Shown here: positions 18,516 to 28,671 of the stretch, in pieces
Position numbering within the stretch: position 1 is the first letter of the stretch
How the letters are laid out: each line of letters starts with the position of its first letter
DNA from: an uncultured Alphaproteobacteria bacterium
Lineage (GTDB): Bacteria; Pseudomonadota; Alphaproteobacteria; Rs-D84
Length of the DNA stretch: 64,000 nt
Assembly: GCA_946188105.1 (NCBI GenBank)
Contig: CAMHTQ010000004.1
Span: 41,890 to 105,889 of the forward strand
Direction of reading: 5' to 3'
The notes under the pieces: generated by a model
Seen by the model: only the letters and a program-made list of their open reading frames with translations
What the model was told of the DNA's origin: nothing
The model's database searches: none
Translations under genes and position numbers: made by a program

Positions 18516-20039
18516 ATGTACACGATAAAAGGCAAAACAGGTGATTGGGAAGTAGTGATTGGACTCGAAACGCATATCGAGGTTTTATCAAATAGCAAGA
18601 TTTTCAGCGGTGCATCTGCAAATTATAACCCATCGGTTGCCCCAAACACCCAGGTTTCCATGGTTGACGCGGCCATGCCTGGTATGTTACCTGTATTAAA
18701 TGAATACTGTGTTGACCAGGCAATTAAATTTGGTCTGGGTATCAATGCAGAAATTTCTCGTGTCAGTCGCTTTGCCCGTAAACAATATTTTTACCCTGAC
18801 CTGCCCCAAGGTTACCAAATTTCACAACCTGCCGAAGAACCACCTGTCGTTGGTCGCGGTTGGATTGAAATTTTAGGCGATGATGGCAACCCTAAAAAAA
18901 TTTTAATTGAACGCGCACACATGGAACAAGATGCTGCGAAAAACAAACACGATATGCACCCATCAAAATCTTTTGTTGATTTGAACCGTTCGGGTGTTAT
19001 GTTGCTGGAAATCGTAACATTTTTGGATACAAAAAATCCTGAAAACAATTCATACATCACATCTCCTGACGAGGCAGAAAGATACCTGCGTGCGATTCGT
19101 GAATTGGCACGTGCATTGGGTGTATCCAAGGCCAATATGGAGGAAGGTTCCATGCGCGCAGATGTCAATGTATCTGTGAAACGTGTTGGTTCAAATACAT
19201 TTGGCACACGTACAGAAACAAAAAACATGGTGTCTTTCAAATTCATTAAAACCGCTATTGAATACGAGGCACGTCGTCAAATAGAAATCTTGGAAAACGG
19301 TGGCACAGTATCCCAAGACACAATGCGTTATAACCAAGGTGATGGCACAACATCTGTATTGCGCAGCAAAGAAGATGCATTGGATTATCGTTATTTCCCA
19401 GATCCAGATTTATTACCATTGGTAATTACAGATGAACAAATTGAACGCGTTCGTCGTACTATGCCAGAATTACCTGCGGCCACACGTACACGTTATATCG
19501 AAAAATTTGGTTTACCAGAATACGATGCCGCTCGCTTAACTGAAACAGTTGATATTTCACGTTGGTTCGATACTGCGGTTGGAAACAAACCAGAACGTGC
19601 CAAGGCAATTGCAAACTGGATGATTTCTGAATTATTTGCACATCCTGAAAACTTTGATATCACAAACGAGGTACGTGAACGTCCTGCTGACGAACCACGT
19701 ATTATCACACCAGAAAACTTGGCTGAATTGGTTGATATGATATCTGCAAACGAAATCAACGGTAAACAAGCCAAAGAAATCTTTATCAAAATGTTGGATG
19801 GTGAAACCGGCACACCAAAAGAAATCGCTGATAAATTTGGTATGAAACAAATGACCGATGTGTCTGCAATTGAAAAGGTTATCGACGATGTTATCGCTGC
19901 AAATCCATCACAGGTTGAACAATATAAATCTGGCAAGGTTGGATTGTTTGGATTCTTTGTTGGTTCCGTGATGAAGGCAACCGGTGGCAAAGCAAACCCA
20001 GCTACAGTTAACGAGATATTGAAAAAGAAACTGGGTTAA
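18516..20039 (+). CDS. gatB: Aspartyl/glutamyl-tRNA amidotransferase subunit B
   Basis: ..WEVVIGLETHIEV.. N-terminus and a GatB/YqeY C-terminal domain. Confidence 0.9.
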   Translation: MYTIKGKTGDWEVVIGLETHIEVLSNSKIFSGASANYNPSVAPNTQVSMVDAAMPGMLPVLNEYCVDQAIKFGLGINAEISRVSRFARKQYFYPDLPQGYQISQPAEEPPVVGRGWIEILGDDGNPKKILIERAHMEQDAAKNKHDMHPSKSFVDLNRSGVMLLEIVTFLDTKNPENNSYITSPDEAERYLRAIRELARALGVSKANMEEGSMRADVNVSVKRVGSNTFGTRTETKNMVSFKFIKTAIEYEARRQIEILENGGTVSQDTMRYNQGDGTTSVLRSKEDALDYRYFPDPDLLPLVITDEQIERVRRTMPELPAATRTRYIEKFGLPEYDAARLTETVDISRWFDTAVGNKPERAKAIANWMISELFAHPENFDITNEVRERPADEPRIITPENLAELVDMISANEINGKQAKEIFIKMLDGETGTPKEIADKFGMKQMTDVSAIEKVIDDVIAANPSQVEQYKSGKVGLFGFFVGSVMKATGGKANPATVNEILKKKLG

Positions 20040-20042
20040 TTT

Positions 20043-20477
20043 ATGTCTGACATTATTGTTTTTATATCGCCAAAATTCAAAGATTGCGATTTACAAAAAA
20101 TCGCAGAATCAATGCGTATACACAAAATAACAACAACCGACGATATACGCAATGCAACCGTCGTTTTAGAACCTGTATTATACGACACACAATCAGAACC
20201 AAAAAATACGTCGATTATAATTGCCACAGAACCAAACAAACCAACCGCAACATTGGCTGATATCGCCGAAAAAATTGTGGATGAAACTCGGGGGCAAATT
20301 TTTAAATTAAAGGAAAATTTAATGTCTGATATACCAGAGGTCATTGCTGCATCAATGGTATTGCCAAAGAAATCTCATCACCGTAAAAATATGTATCCAA
20401 AACAATCGTTATACAATTTCAAAAGTATAAACAACATACGTAACAACAGAATTTTTAACAGAACAAACCATAAATAG
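20043..20477 (+). CDS. Hypothetical protein
   Basis: 144-aa ORF immediately after gatB. I recognise no family. Confidence 0.35.
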   Translation: MSDIIVFISPKFKDCDLQKIAESMRIHKITTTDDIRNATVVLEPVLYDTQSEPKNTSIIIATEPNKPTATLADIAEKIVDETRGQIFKLKENLMSDIPEVIAASMVLPKKSHHRKNMYPKQSLYNFKSINNIRNNRIFNRTNHK

Positions 20478-20493
20478 CTGAAAAGGAAAGGAA

Positions 20494-20664
20494 ATGAAAA
20501 TTGTTACTATTATCGAAAACAATCCAATAACTGGCGTTCGCTATGGAACCGTAGAAATTTCTGAATACAATAATAATATTCAAAGAAGATTAGATAGATA
20601 CTATAATGCTCGCAATAAAAGAAGATATCTTGCAGTTCGTGCACAAAATACAAAACACAAATAA
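20494..20664 (+). CDS. Small hypothetical protein of 56 aa
   Basis: Strong AGGAAAGGA RBS 5 nt upstream of the ATG. Below the ORF-track length cutoff. Confidence 0.3.
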   Translation: MKIVTIIENNPITGVRYGTVEISEYNNNIQRRLDRYYNARNKRRYLAVRAQNTKHK

Positions 20665-20673
20665 TAAATAAAA

Positions 20674-21969
20674 ATGAAAAAATTCTATATAAAAACTTTT
20701 GGTTGCCAAATGAATGTATATGATGGACAACGCATCGCTGCGATGCTGGAACATCATGGTTTTATACAAACAGATAATGTTGCCGATGCTGACATAATTC
20801 TGTTAAACACATGTGCAGTGCGTGCCAAGGCAACCGACAAAGTTTATTCTGCATTGGGACGTATTCGTCTTGCAAAAAAGCCCGATGCAATATATGGAAT
20901 TATTGGATGCGTTGCTCGTGAATCTGGCAGTGATGCATTTAGAAAAATCAAAGATTTAAATTTCGTACTGGGGCCACAAAGTTATCATAAATTACCAGAA
21001 ATATTATCAGATCCAGATAATAAATTATTAGATATAAATTTGGGCGGTATTGAAAAATTTGATGAATTACCACCTATATCAACATCGCCTTTGGTTGCAT
21101 ATATTCCTGTCCAAGAAGGTTGTAATCATTGTTGCACATATTGCATTGTTCCATATACACGTGGACCTGAAATATCACGTCCATTTTCTGATATAATGGC
21201 GGAAACAATGCATGCAGCCGACATTGGTGCAATTGAAATTTGTTTCCTGGGACAAAATGTAAATGGATATAAATTTACCGATGAATCTGGAAAAACATAT
21301 AAATTATCCGATGTAATCCAAGAAACCGCAAAAATTGATTCGGTAAAACGTATCAGATTTACATCCAGTTACCCAACCGAAATGACAGATGATTTAATCA
21401 ATTTATTTGGTCACGAGAAAAAATTATTGCCATTTTTGAATATGCCAATTCAAAGTGGTTCTGATAATATTTTAAAGAAAATGAATCGTCAATATAACAT
21501 TGATGAATATATGGCACTTATCAACAAATTCAAAACCGTTTGCCCAGACATTCAAATATCCAGTGATTTCATTGTTGGATTTCCTGGGGAATCAAACGAA
21601 GATTTTGAACAAACATGCGATATTGCAAAACGCGTTGGTTACATAAATTCATATTCATTTAAATATTCGCCACGTCCACATACGGCTGCGGCAATTATGC
21701 AAAATCAGATTCCAGAAAATATAAAAAGCGAACGTCTGATAAAACTGGATAGCATACTAAACGACAGACAACGTGAATTTAATTTATTTTGTGTGGATAA
21801 AACATTTGATTGTCTGTACGAAGGCCCCGATAAAACAGGCACCCATCAAATTTACCGTACTCCATATATGCAGCCATGTATTGTGACGTCCAACACCCCC
21901 AGTCCAATGGCACGTATCAAAATTACATCAGCAAACAAATCATGCTTGCACGGTAAAATTATTGATTAA
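20674..21969 (+). CDS. miaB: tRNA-2-methylthio-N6-dimethylallyladenosine synthase (MiaB family radical SAM methylthiotransferase)
   Basis: MTTase N-terminus (FGCQMN), radical-SAM CxxxCxxC (CTYCIVPYTRG) and a TRAM C-terminus. Confidence 0.85.
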   Translation: MKKFYIKTFGCQMNVYDGQRIAAMLEHHGFIQTDNVADADIILLNTCAVRAKATDKVYSALGRIRLAKKPDAIYGIIGCVARESGSDAFRKIKDLNFVLGPQSYHKLPEILSDPDNKLLDINLGGIEKFDELPPISTSPLVAYIPVQEGCNHCCTYCIVPYTRGPEISRPFSDIMAETMHAADIGAIEICFLGQNVNGYKFTDESGKTYKLSDVIQETAKIDSVKRIRFTSSYPTEMTDDLINLFGHEKKLLPFLNMPIQSGSDNILKKMNRQYNIDEYMALINKFKTVCPDIQISSDFIVGFPGESNEDFEQTCDIAKRVGYINSYSFKYSPRPHTAAAIMQNQIPENIKSERLIKLDSILNDRQREFNLFCVDKTFDCLYEGPDKTGTHQIYRTPYMQPCIVTSNTPSPMARIKITSANKSCLHGKIID

Positions 21970-23444
21970 AATCCCAACTTTATATTCGCAGAAACTTTAC
22001 CAGAAACGCCAAAATCTGTATTCAATATTCCAACAGATACCGTTCCACCTATTTTATCAGGAACCGCCCATGCACCCAATCCAATACTGGCATCAAAATC
22101 ACCATGTGAATTTATACCTGTATGCAAAACATAATTATATTTAACACCATCCATAAAATAACCGAATCCAACATCTGTTCCTAAATTCACAAAAGAATAA
22201 TTTTCATGTATATCAACAACAGATTCCGAATCGATTCCATACCCTATAAATGGTGATAAATATAATCCAGATTCAAATCCAAACCTGGCACCAAAATCTA
22301 ACTTGCCATATACACCAAACGCATCTGGGTCATTTTTTGTTGTATTACCTTTGACAACACCATCACATTCAATATCTGAAAAACTGAAACCACCAACACC
22401 ACGCACAAATAACAACTCATCCACATCATAATTAAACCGCAGATTTCCGCCATATACACCAGATTTAAAATTACTCACATCATTTTTGAATTCGGATTTA
22501 ATCATATATGCACTAACACCAACAGACAACCGTCCATCAATTTTAGTTCCAGAATTTAATTTTACACCTGTACCCTGCAAACCCTTAGCATTGTAATATT
22601 CTGGCACCACAGATACAAAAAATTCATCTGAAAATTCATAAAAATCTAATATTTCATGTCTGTTCACAATCATCATTGGCCGTAATAACATATCCGGATT
22701 TTTCTGCACAGAATATTTCAAAACCTTTTGTGCATGCAGTGCACTCTGGCGTGCAGCCAAATAAGAATCTGAATATCTTCTCTTTACGCAAACCCCTATT
22801 CCGTCCGAACAGGTTGCCCAATAATAATCATAATTACCAGATTCTGCTTCTTCACGAACATTAATTCCCATATAGTGTTCTATATTATCAAATCTTAATA
22901 TCTCATCAGAATTTATTGACACAGAATTCAAAAAATTATCTGTCAGTTTTATCTGGGTATTACTTTCCTTGATAATATGCCCTGTAAACCGACCATCAAA
23001 TCCCGTATCCGCAACCAATACTAAACCGGGGACAGAACCACCACCATACAGGTCAAAATTTATATCTATACTATTTGCATTTTGTGAAATCGTATCCAGA
23101 TCCGCCAACAAATAATCGCCACCATTATTTATCAAAATATCTAATGAAACATTTGTCCCAATCGGTATTAAATTCATTTGTGTTGGATTGCTGATTATTT
23201 GTAAAACTTTTGAACCAACGGCATTACCCGTAATATTATTTGATATGGTATTATTATTTGTGATTCTTAATGTACCACTATCAATTATTAAATTATCAGA
23301 TATAACACCATTATTTACCAAATAATCCCCATCATGAAACAAGAATCCACTTGGCAAACTTGTATCGGTATAATCTGTTGCAAAACAACATACCGGCCAC
23401 ACCAAGTTCAACATCAAACCAAAAGCTATCCTTGTTCTTTTCAT
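21966..23444 (-). CDS. Autotransporter outer-membrane protein
   Basis: Signal peptide from the internal Met (MKRTRIAFGLMLNLVWPVCCFA). The ORF track start at 23492 is the alternative. N/G/I-rich beta-helix-like passenger and a C-terminal beta-barrel ending ..IKLGF. Confidence 0.65.
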   Translation of the reverse strand: MKRTRIAFGLMLNLVWPVCCFATDYTDTSLPSGFLFHDGDYLVNNGVISDNLIIDSGTLRITNNNTISNNITGNAVGSKVLQIISNPTQMNLIPIGTNVSLDILINNGGDYLLADLDTISQNANSIDINFDLYGGGSVPGLVLVADTGFDGRFTGHIIKESNTQIKLTDNFLNSVSINSDEILRFDNIEHYMGINVREEAESGNYDYYWATCSDGIGVCVKRRYSDSYLAARQSALHAQKVLKYSVQKNPDMLLRPMMIVNRHEILDFYEFSDEFFVSVVPEYYNAKGLQGTGVKLNSGTKIDGRLSVGVSAYMIKSEFKNDVSNFKSGVYGGNLRFNYDVDELLFVRGVGGFSFSDIECDGVVKGNTTKNDPDAFGVYGKLDFGARFGFESGLYLSPFIGYGIDSESVVDIHENYSFVNLGTDVGFGYFMDGVKYNYVLHTGINSHGDFDASIGLGAWAVPDKIGGTVSVGILNTDFGVSGKVSANIKLGF

Positions 23445-23591
23445 ACCGAATATGGTAATAAACCGCACACAAAAATAAAAGAAAAAATTCACATTTTCCT
23501 AGGCATCCATACCTGTATAAAATCCGTCCCAGTTTTGATACCATATCAGTATCGGCACAAAGATAAACAAAAACTCAAAAAGGAGAAAAAA

Positions 23592-24200
23592 ATGAAAAAA
23601 CTTGCTATTTCTACACTTGCTGTATTAATTGCATGCCCTGCATTTGCAGGGAACCCTCGTGATGGCAGTTCCTGGCAAATTTGGGGATTGGATCCATACG
23701 TTGCATTACGTGGCGGTATTGCTTCATCAAACTTGAACTACAAGTTCCTGGGTCACAAAGAAACCATATCTGACGCAACACTCCAAGGTCGTGCAGCTAT
23801 GGGTTTACAAATGAACAAATGTTACCGTACTGAATTAGAATGGTCTATATACAGCAAGGCCAAAGATACATCCAGTTTCGGTTTAGCGAATGACATCAAA
23901 GTCGAAAGCAAAATGCAAACATTATTGATGAATGCATTTATGAACATCGGTTCATACAGCACGGTTCGTCCATTTTTGGGTGTTGGTGCCGGTGTCGGAT
24001 TCTCTGACGTTAAACGTTCCGGTGCAACAATTGAATCACATACCCAAAACAAAGCTGGATTTTCAGCCACAGGTATTATGGGTATGACATTCGATATGGA
24101 TCAATTTGCCGTCGATGTTGCAACCAGATACACCTATGTTGATGTTCATTCTGGAATGCATAACTTTGGTGCAGATGTTGGCATCAGATTTATGTTCTAA
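23592..24200 (+). CDS. Outer-membrane beta-barrel protein (OmpW/OMP_b-brl-like)
   Basis: AGGAG RBS, signal peptide, alternating amphipathic beta strands and a C-terminal aromatic (..GIRFMF). Confidence 0.65.
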   Translation: MKKLAISTLAVLIACPAFAGNPRDGSSWQIWGLDPYVALRGGIASSNLNYKFLGHKETISDATLQGRAAMGLQMNKCYRTELEWSIYSKAKDTSSFGLANDIKVESKMQTLLMNAFMNIGSYSTVRPFLGVGAGVGFSDVKRSGATIESHTQNKAGFSATGIMGMTFDMDQFAVDVATRYTYVDVHSGMHNFGADVGIRFMF

Positions 24201-24230
24201 ACATTACACATTAAACAAAAGCATACCACA

Positions 24231-24256
24231 AAAACCCCGTATAAACGGGGTTTTTA
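24231..24256 (+). terminator. Rho-independent terminator
   Basis: Hairpin ccccgt-ataa-acgggg followed by a T-run. Confidence 0.6.
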
Positions 24257-24274
24257 ATATTATGCGTTTCAATT

Positions 24275-24628
24275 TTATAATCTTGCTAATGCTAATTTAT
24301 TCAGTAACCCAGATTCAATATCGGTTAATAAAGATACCATACCTTGATTAACCTCTTCGTCTGCGACAACTCTTTCAATATATTCTATCAACTGCAAACA
24401 TTTTTTAACTATATCCAACTCAACAAATTTTGGATTTAAAATATTTGCCTTAAAAACACTTTTATCCCCTGTTGCCATAAAATGCCGTTCTGCAATTTTA
24501 TCAATCCAATCATCTATATCTTCCTCTAATCTATCAAACAGCAAATGACGAGAATAATCATCCGTAGACCAATGATTTATTTTACATGAATATTTTAAAG
24601 CAATTAAATGTTGTAATAATTCATACAT
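24275..24628 (-). CDS. Short ferritin-like / Dps-like protein
   Basis: ..KINHWSTDDYSRHLLFDRLEEDIDDWIDKIAERHF..G.. parallels the Dps helix A/B ferroxidase region (HW...H..F..EE...D.IAER). It is only 117 aa. Confidence 0.45.
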   Translation of the reverse strand: MYELLQHLIALKYSCKINHWSTDDYSRHLLFDRLEEDIDDWIDKIAERHFMATGDKSVFKANILNPKFVELDIVKKCLQLIEYIERVVADEEVNQGMVSLLTDIESGLLNKLALARL

Positions 24629-24811
24629 AATTTGACTCCTTTTGTTGTATGCATAAAAACAATAGTCGTTTCACACACACAAACCAACAAGATATTATTC
24701 TTTGTATATGCATAAAATCAGGCATTTTTTAGGCAATCATACTTAGCGAATTAAAAAATTTTTCATATACAATAAATATGCGTTTCATATAAAAACAAAA
24801 GGAGAAATAAT

Positions 24812-25324
24812 ATGAAAAACATCATTAAAATAATATCTGCATTGGCTGTCATTGCAACCGTATCAGGATGCACAACCACAACCGAATGTGACCAACACAA
24901 AAAATATCACGACAAAAATTACCAAGAAATGTCTCATAACAACCACAAAAAACACAGAAACAAATTACATTCTAAAATGTACACACGTAACAACCAAGGT
25001 AACGCCACAGAAATCGGTTATGTTAAATTTTATGATGTGGCCGACGGTGTAAAAATGGTTGTCAATGTTGATAAACTGCGTAACGATATAGATTACACAA
25101 CAAAAATTTATCAATGCACAGATGCCAAATGCATGAATCCTGATACATGTTGTATGGAAACAACAATGTCTTTGGAAATGCCTTTAACACGTAAAGATAA
25201 AAAGAATCCAATGTTGCAAGAAACATTCTTTATCCAAAACGTCAACACCAATCAATTACAAGGCGCGACCGTTTTCTTTGAACGTGGCAATGGATATCGT
25301 GCTGCATGGGGATTTTTGGATTAA
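24812..25324 (+). CDS. Lipoprotein, possibly a degenerate Cu,Zn-superoxide-dismutase-like domain protein
   Basis: Lipobox TVSGC and a His-rich stretch. ..KIYQCTDAKC.. and a C-terminal ..ERGNGYRAAWGFL resemble the SodC GFHIHENGSC and ..GGRLACGVI motifs, but most copper-ligand His are missing. Confidence 0.45.
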   Translation: MKNIIKIISALAVIATVSGCTTTTECDQHKKYHDKNYQEMSHNNHKKHRNKLHSKMYTRNNQGNATEIGYVKFYDVADGVKMVVNVDKLRNDIDYTTKIYQCTDAKCMNPDTCCMETTMSLEMPLTRKDKKNPMLQETFFIQNVNTNQLQGATVFFERGNGYRAAWGFLD

Positions 25325-25341
25325 AACAACCATCAAAAAAA

Positions 25342-25367
25342 CAGTCGCAAATTGCGACTGTTTTTTT
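25342..25367. terminator. Bidirectional rho-independent terminator
   Basis: A-run, hairpin cagtcgc-aaatt-gcgactg, then T7. Confidence 0.6.
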
Positions 25368-25369
25368 AT

Positions 25370-25669
25370 TTACGAATTCATATAAAACATAACATGTTTT
25401 CCCTTACTTTTTGCATATTCTAATTCCTCTCTGGTACTATCACCTATATAACCATCAATATTTGCAATAAACACAGCATCCGACATATCTATCCTTTTCA
25501 AATGTGCCCGTTTAAAATTTTCTATTGTATGCGCATCAACTCTTCTATTTGATACAGACCAAACAGGTGTTAAAACACACCACCCATCAACAGCTAAATT
25601 CTCTGCAATTTCCATCAGTTGTTTTTGATATTTTAAACTACCACACAATGTTATAATTTTCATTAGCAT
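25370..25669 (-). CDS. Nucleoside 2-deoxyribosyltransferase-like small Rossmann protein
   Basis: ..IITLCGSL.. start and ..SDAVFIANIDGYIGDSTREELEYAKSKGKHV.. match the NDT-like (PF05014-type) pattern. Confidence 0.4.
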   Translation of the reverse strand: MLMKIITLCGSLKYQKQLMEIAENLAVDGWCVLTPVWSVSNRRVDAHTIENFKRAHLKRIDMSDAVFIANIDGYIGDSTREELEYAKSKGKHVMFYMNS

Positions 25670-25672
25670 CCA

Positions 25673-28303
25673 TTACCTTGTAATCATCTTTCTTATCAAA
25701 TCAAGCGGTATGACTAAAAACGCCAACCCAAACAATACGCCCCATTGTTCATAAGACAATGGAACAACTTGGAACAAACTGCCACCAAAATTGACTATAC
25801 ATACCGTTCCTATAATAATTCCAAACGCAATCATCAAAAACATTGGATTTTTATCTATTTTGTACAATAACTTTAAATTATCCACACGCACATTAAATCC
25901 ATTAAATGCAGCAATCAGCATAATCAAAGCAAATCGAACAGTTAAATTAACCTCTGTACTGGTGCCAAATATATCCTTTACAGCCGGCACAAATAACAAC
26001 CCAAAAATAATTCCAAATTCGATACAGCCAGCAATTATTCTTGTCGACACACCGCCAGAAAACAATGATGCACCCTTTTTTTGTGGTGGAACTTGCATAT
26101 ATTCCTGATTTGCAGGTTCGCCACCAAAAGATAAAGAATTCAAACTATCCATCACTATATTAATAACCAAAATTTGAACGGCGACAAATGCAGGTACCGC
26201 AAAAGCAATCGGATAAAACAAACTGAACACAACCAACATTAAATTTATCGGCATTTGAAACATTAAAAATTTAGTTATGTTATGAGAAAACGTTCTGCCA
26301 AACAACACCGCATCCGCCAATGATACAAAGTTATCATCAGTAATAATTATATCGCCTACTTCTTTACAAACATCTGTACCACTGCCCATAGCAAACCCCA
26401 CATCCGCACGTTTTAATGCGGGTGCATCATTTGTTCCATCGCCACACATACCAATACATAAATTCATTTCTTGGGCGACCTTTACCAATCTTAATTTAGT
26501 TCTGGGAACTGCACGAGCAATCACCTTTATCTTGTACAATTTCTTTTTTATTTCTGCATCCGTCATCGCGTCTATTTCTTTGGCCGTCAAAATAATATCA
26601 TCCCTGTCCGAGATAATACCAGTTTCAACACCTATTGCGCGTGCCGTATCCATAATATCCCCTGTCATCATAATAACGTGAATACCGGCCTTTTTCATAC
26701 GTGCAACCGCCCCCGGCACTTCGCGTCTGATATCATCACGAATACTGACCAGTGACACCAATGTTAAATTATCTGGCATTTTGTTATTCAAAGTTTTTTG
26801 CACACCGTATGCCAAACCAACCAAACGTTTTGCCTGTTTTGCATTTTCACGTATAATTTCCATAATCTTAGATTTATTTATCTTGTGCGACACACCATTT
26901 ACATCAATATATTTGGTAATATGCTCTAACAAAACTTCAGGCGCCCCAGTATACAAAACGAATTGTTTTTCATCTGCCTTTCTGACCACACGCACCGCAG
27001 AAAATTTATTTGCACTATCAAATGGGATTTTATCCAAAACCTTTATTTCTCTGACCACACTGCGTACCAATTTGGATTTTGGATTCAATGCCGACAACAA
27101 CGCACGTTGTGTACTGGTTCCGCCTATAATCTTGCCAGATTCATCAAATGCCGCCCCCGTATTAAACAATATATCCGCAGCAATAAACCGCGCGACAGGT
27201 AAATCCGAATCAAATCCAACCTGACTGCCATCCCCCAAATAATTTGTAATAGGAATTAAATTTCCATATGTCAAAGTTCCCGTTTTATCAGTACATAAAA
27301 TTTGAATATTTCCCGCCTCGGGAATCTTGTGAGTATTTTTAGCCAACACATTATGCTTTATCATATTACGCGCATTCTGGGATATAATAATTGTAATGAT
27401 AAATGGCAAACCTTCGGGAACTGCTGCGACAACAATCGTCAAAGAAACAATCATTATCATCAAAATTTGATGTAATACATTACCTATGCCATTTGATAAA
27501 AACATATGTAATCCACCCGCATCCAACACAGCATTGGCAAGTAATACTATCGCAACAATGGTTCCACCGATATATCCAAACCAACCTATTTTGGTCGCCA
27601 GATTATCTAATTTCAGATCTAAATCAGTTTTAACCTCGTCTATATTTCTAACCGCCAACAAAGTTTTTGCACTTTCTGTGGTTACACCTATTTTTTCAAC
27701 CTTCATATAACATTCGCCACTTTGGACGGTGGTTCCACAAAACAACAAATTCTTACTTACATAATCTTCGCCAGTAAATTTCTTATCACGATTATATTTA
27801 AACCCCGATACAGGTTCTTTGACGCATTCCTCACTTTCGCCATTTAACACAGAATTATTTACGGTTATACGTCCATCCATAATATAACCATCCGCAGGTA
27901 CCGTTTCCCCAGATTGCAAGAAAATAACATCCCCGACAACAACATCTTGGGTTTTTATATGTTTAATTTTGTTATTACGCAGGACCATCACGAATCGAAT
28001 TGCGGTCCTGTTTTTCAAATCCATGGAATATTTTTGTGCTTTTAATTTAGTTACTGTTCCAATAGCCCCAACACACAGCAAAACCAGTCCTATACCGACC
28101 GCTTCGATATATCCACCAAAACCCAATATGGCCAGGACCAAGAAAAACACCAACATCAACAATAAAATCAGGTTAATTTTGTCCTGGAAAATTTCTAAAA
28201 AGAACTGCCATGCTGATTTCCGTTTAACCCCAGGAATAACATTTTTTCCAAATAATTTGATACTTTTCTTTACCTGCTGAGATGTCAAACCCACAATTTT
28301 CAT
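25673..28303 (-). CDS. P-type cation-transporting ATPase (P2-type, Ca2+/Mg2+-like)
   Basis: Phosphorylation motif CTDKTGTLT, hinge GDGTNDAPAL, TGES-like actuator, about ten TM helices, 876 aa. Confidence 0.85.
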   Translation of the reverse strand: MKIVGLTSQQVKKSIKLFGKNVIPGVKRKSAWQFFLEIFQDKINLILLLMLVFFLVLAILGFGGYIEAVGIGLVLLCVGAIGTVTKLKAQKYSMDLKNRTAIRFVMVLRNNKIKHIKTQDVVVGDVIFLQSGETVPADGYIMDGRITVNNSVLNGESEECVKEPVSGFKYNRDKKFTGEDYVSKNLLFCGTTVQSGECYMKVEKIGVTTESAKTLLAVRNIDEVKTDLDLKLDNLATKIGWFGYIGGTIVAIVLLANAVLDAGGLHMFLSNGIGNVLHQILMIMIVSLTIVVAAVPEGLPFIITIIISQNARNMIKHNVLAKNTHKIPEAGNIQILCTDKTGTLTYGNLIPITNYLGDGSQVGFDSDLPVARFIAADILFNTGAAFDESGKIIGGTSTQRALLSALNPKSKLVRSVVREIKVLDKIPFDSANKFSAVRVVRKADEKQFVLYTGAPEVLLEHITKYIDVNGVSHKINKSKIMEIIRENAKQAKRLVGLAYGVQKTLNNKMPDNLTLVSLVSIRDDIRREVPGAVARMKKAGIHVIMMTGDIMDTARAIGVETGIISDRDDIILTAKEIDAMTDAEIKKKLYKIKVIARAVPRTKLRLVKVAQEMNLCIGMCGDGTNDAPALKRADVGFAMGSGTDVCKEVGDIIITDDNFVSLADAVLFGRTFSHNITKFLMFQMPINLMLVVFSLFYPIAFAVPAFVAVQILVINIVMDSLNSLSFGGEPANQEYMQVPPQKKGASLFSGGVSTRIIAGCIEFGIIFGLLFVPAVKDIFGTSTEVNLTVRFALIMLIAAFNGFNVRVDNLKLLYKIDKNPMFLMIAFGIIIGTVCIVNFGGSLFQVVPLSYEQWGVLFGLAFLVIPLDLIRKMITR

Positions 28304-28440
28304 GATAAAACCCTTTATTTACAAACTATATTTTATCATAAAACACCGAAAAATTAAATCTAATCACAATAAAATTGTAAGAAAAAAGGCCGTAACAAAC
28401 ACGTTACGACCCATTATCTTTTCAAAACACAGGAACGACA

Positions 28441-28584
28441 TTAAATATCAGCACCAGTTAAATCAACCCCGCGAGAGCTGAATATTTCAACCAAATTAAC
28501 AGGTTGTTCTTCGGCACGTTTCATACGAACCCCCAAAGCACCCTGTGCAAACTTTAAATTCTTTTTATCAATACCATTTGTCAT
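28441..28584 (-). CDS. Small hypothetical protein of 47 aa
   Basis: ORF with an AAAGAGG RBS inside a 368-bp intergenic region. I recognise no family. Confidence 0.25.
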   Translation of the reverse strand: MTNGIDKKNLKFAQGALGVRMKRAEEQPVNLVEIFSSRGVDLTGADI

Positions 28585-28671
28585 ATCAATGCCTCTTTAA
28601 CATCTCTCTGGCAAACCCCAGTTTATACTAATAAATTCTTTTTGTCAAGTATTTATTATTCTGTCCCTGTT

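Noticed and set aside
23334-23591. The long ORF-track start for the OMP gene at 23334.
   Set aside because: The AGGAG RBS and signal peptide begin at 23592. The upstream extension overlaps the autotransporter gene on the opposite strand.
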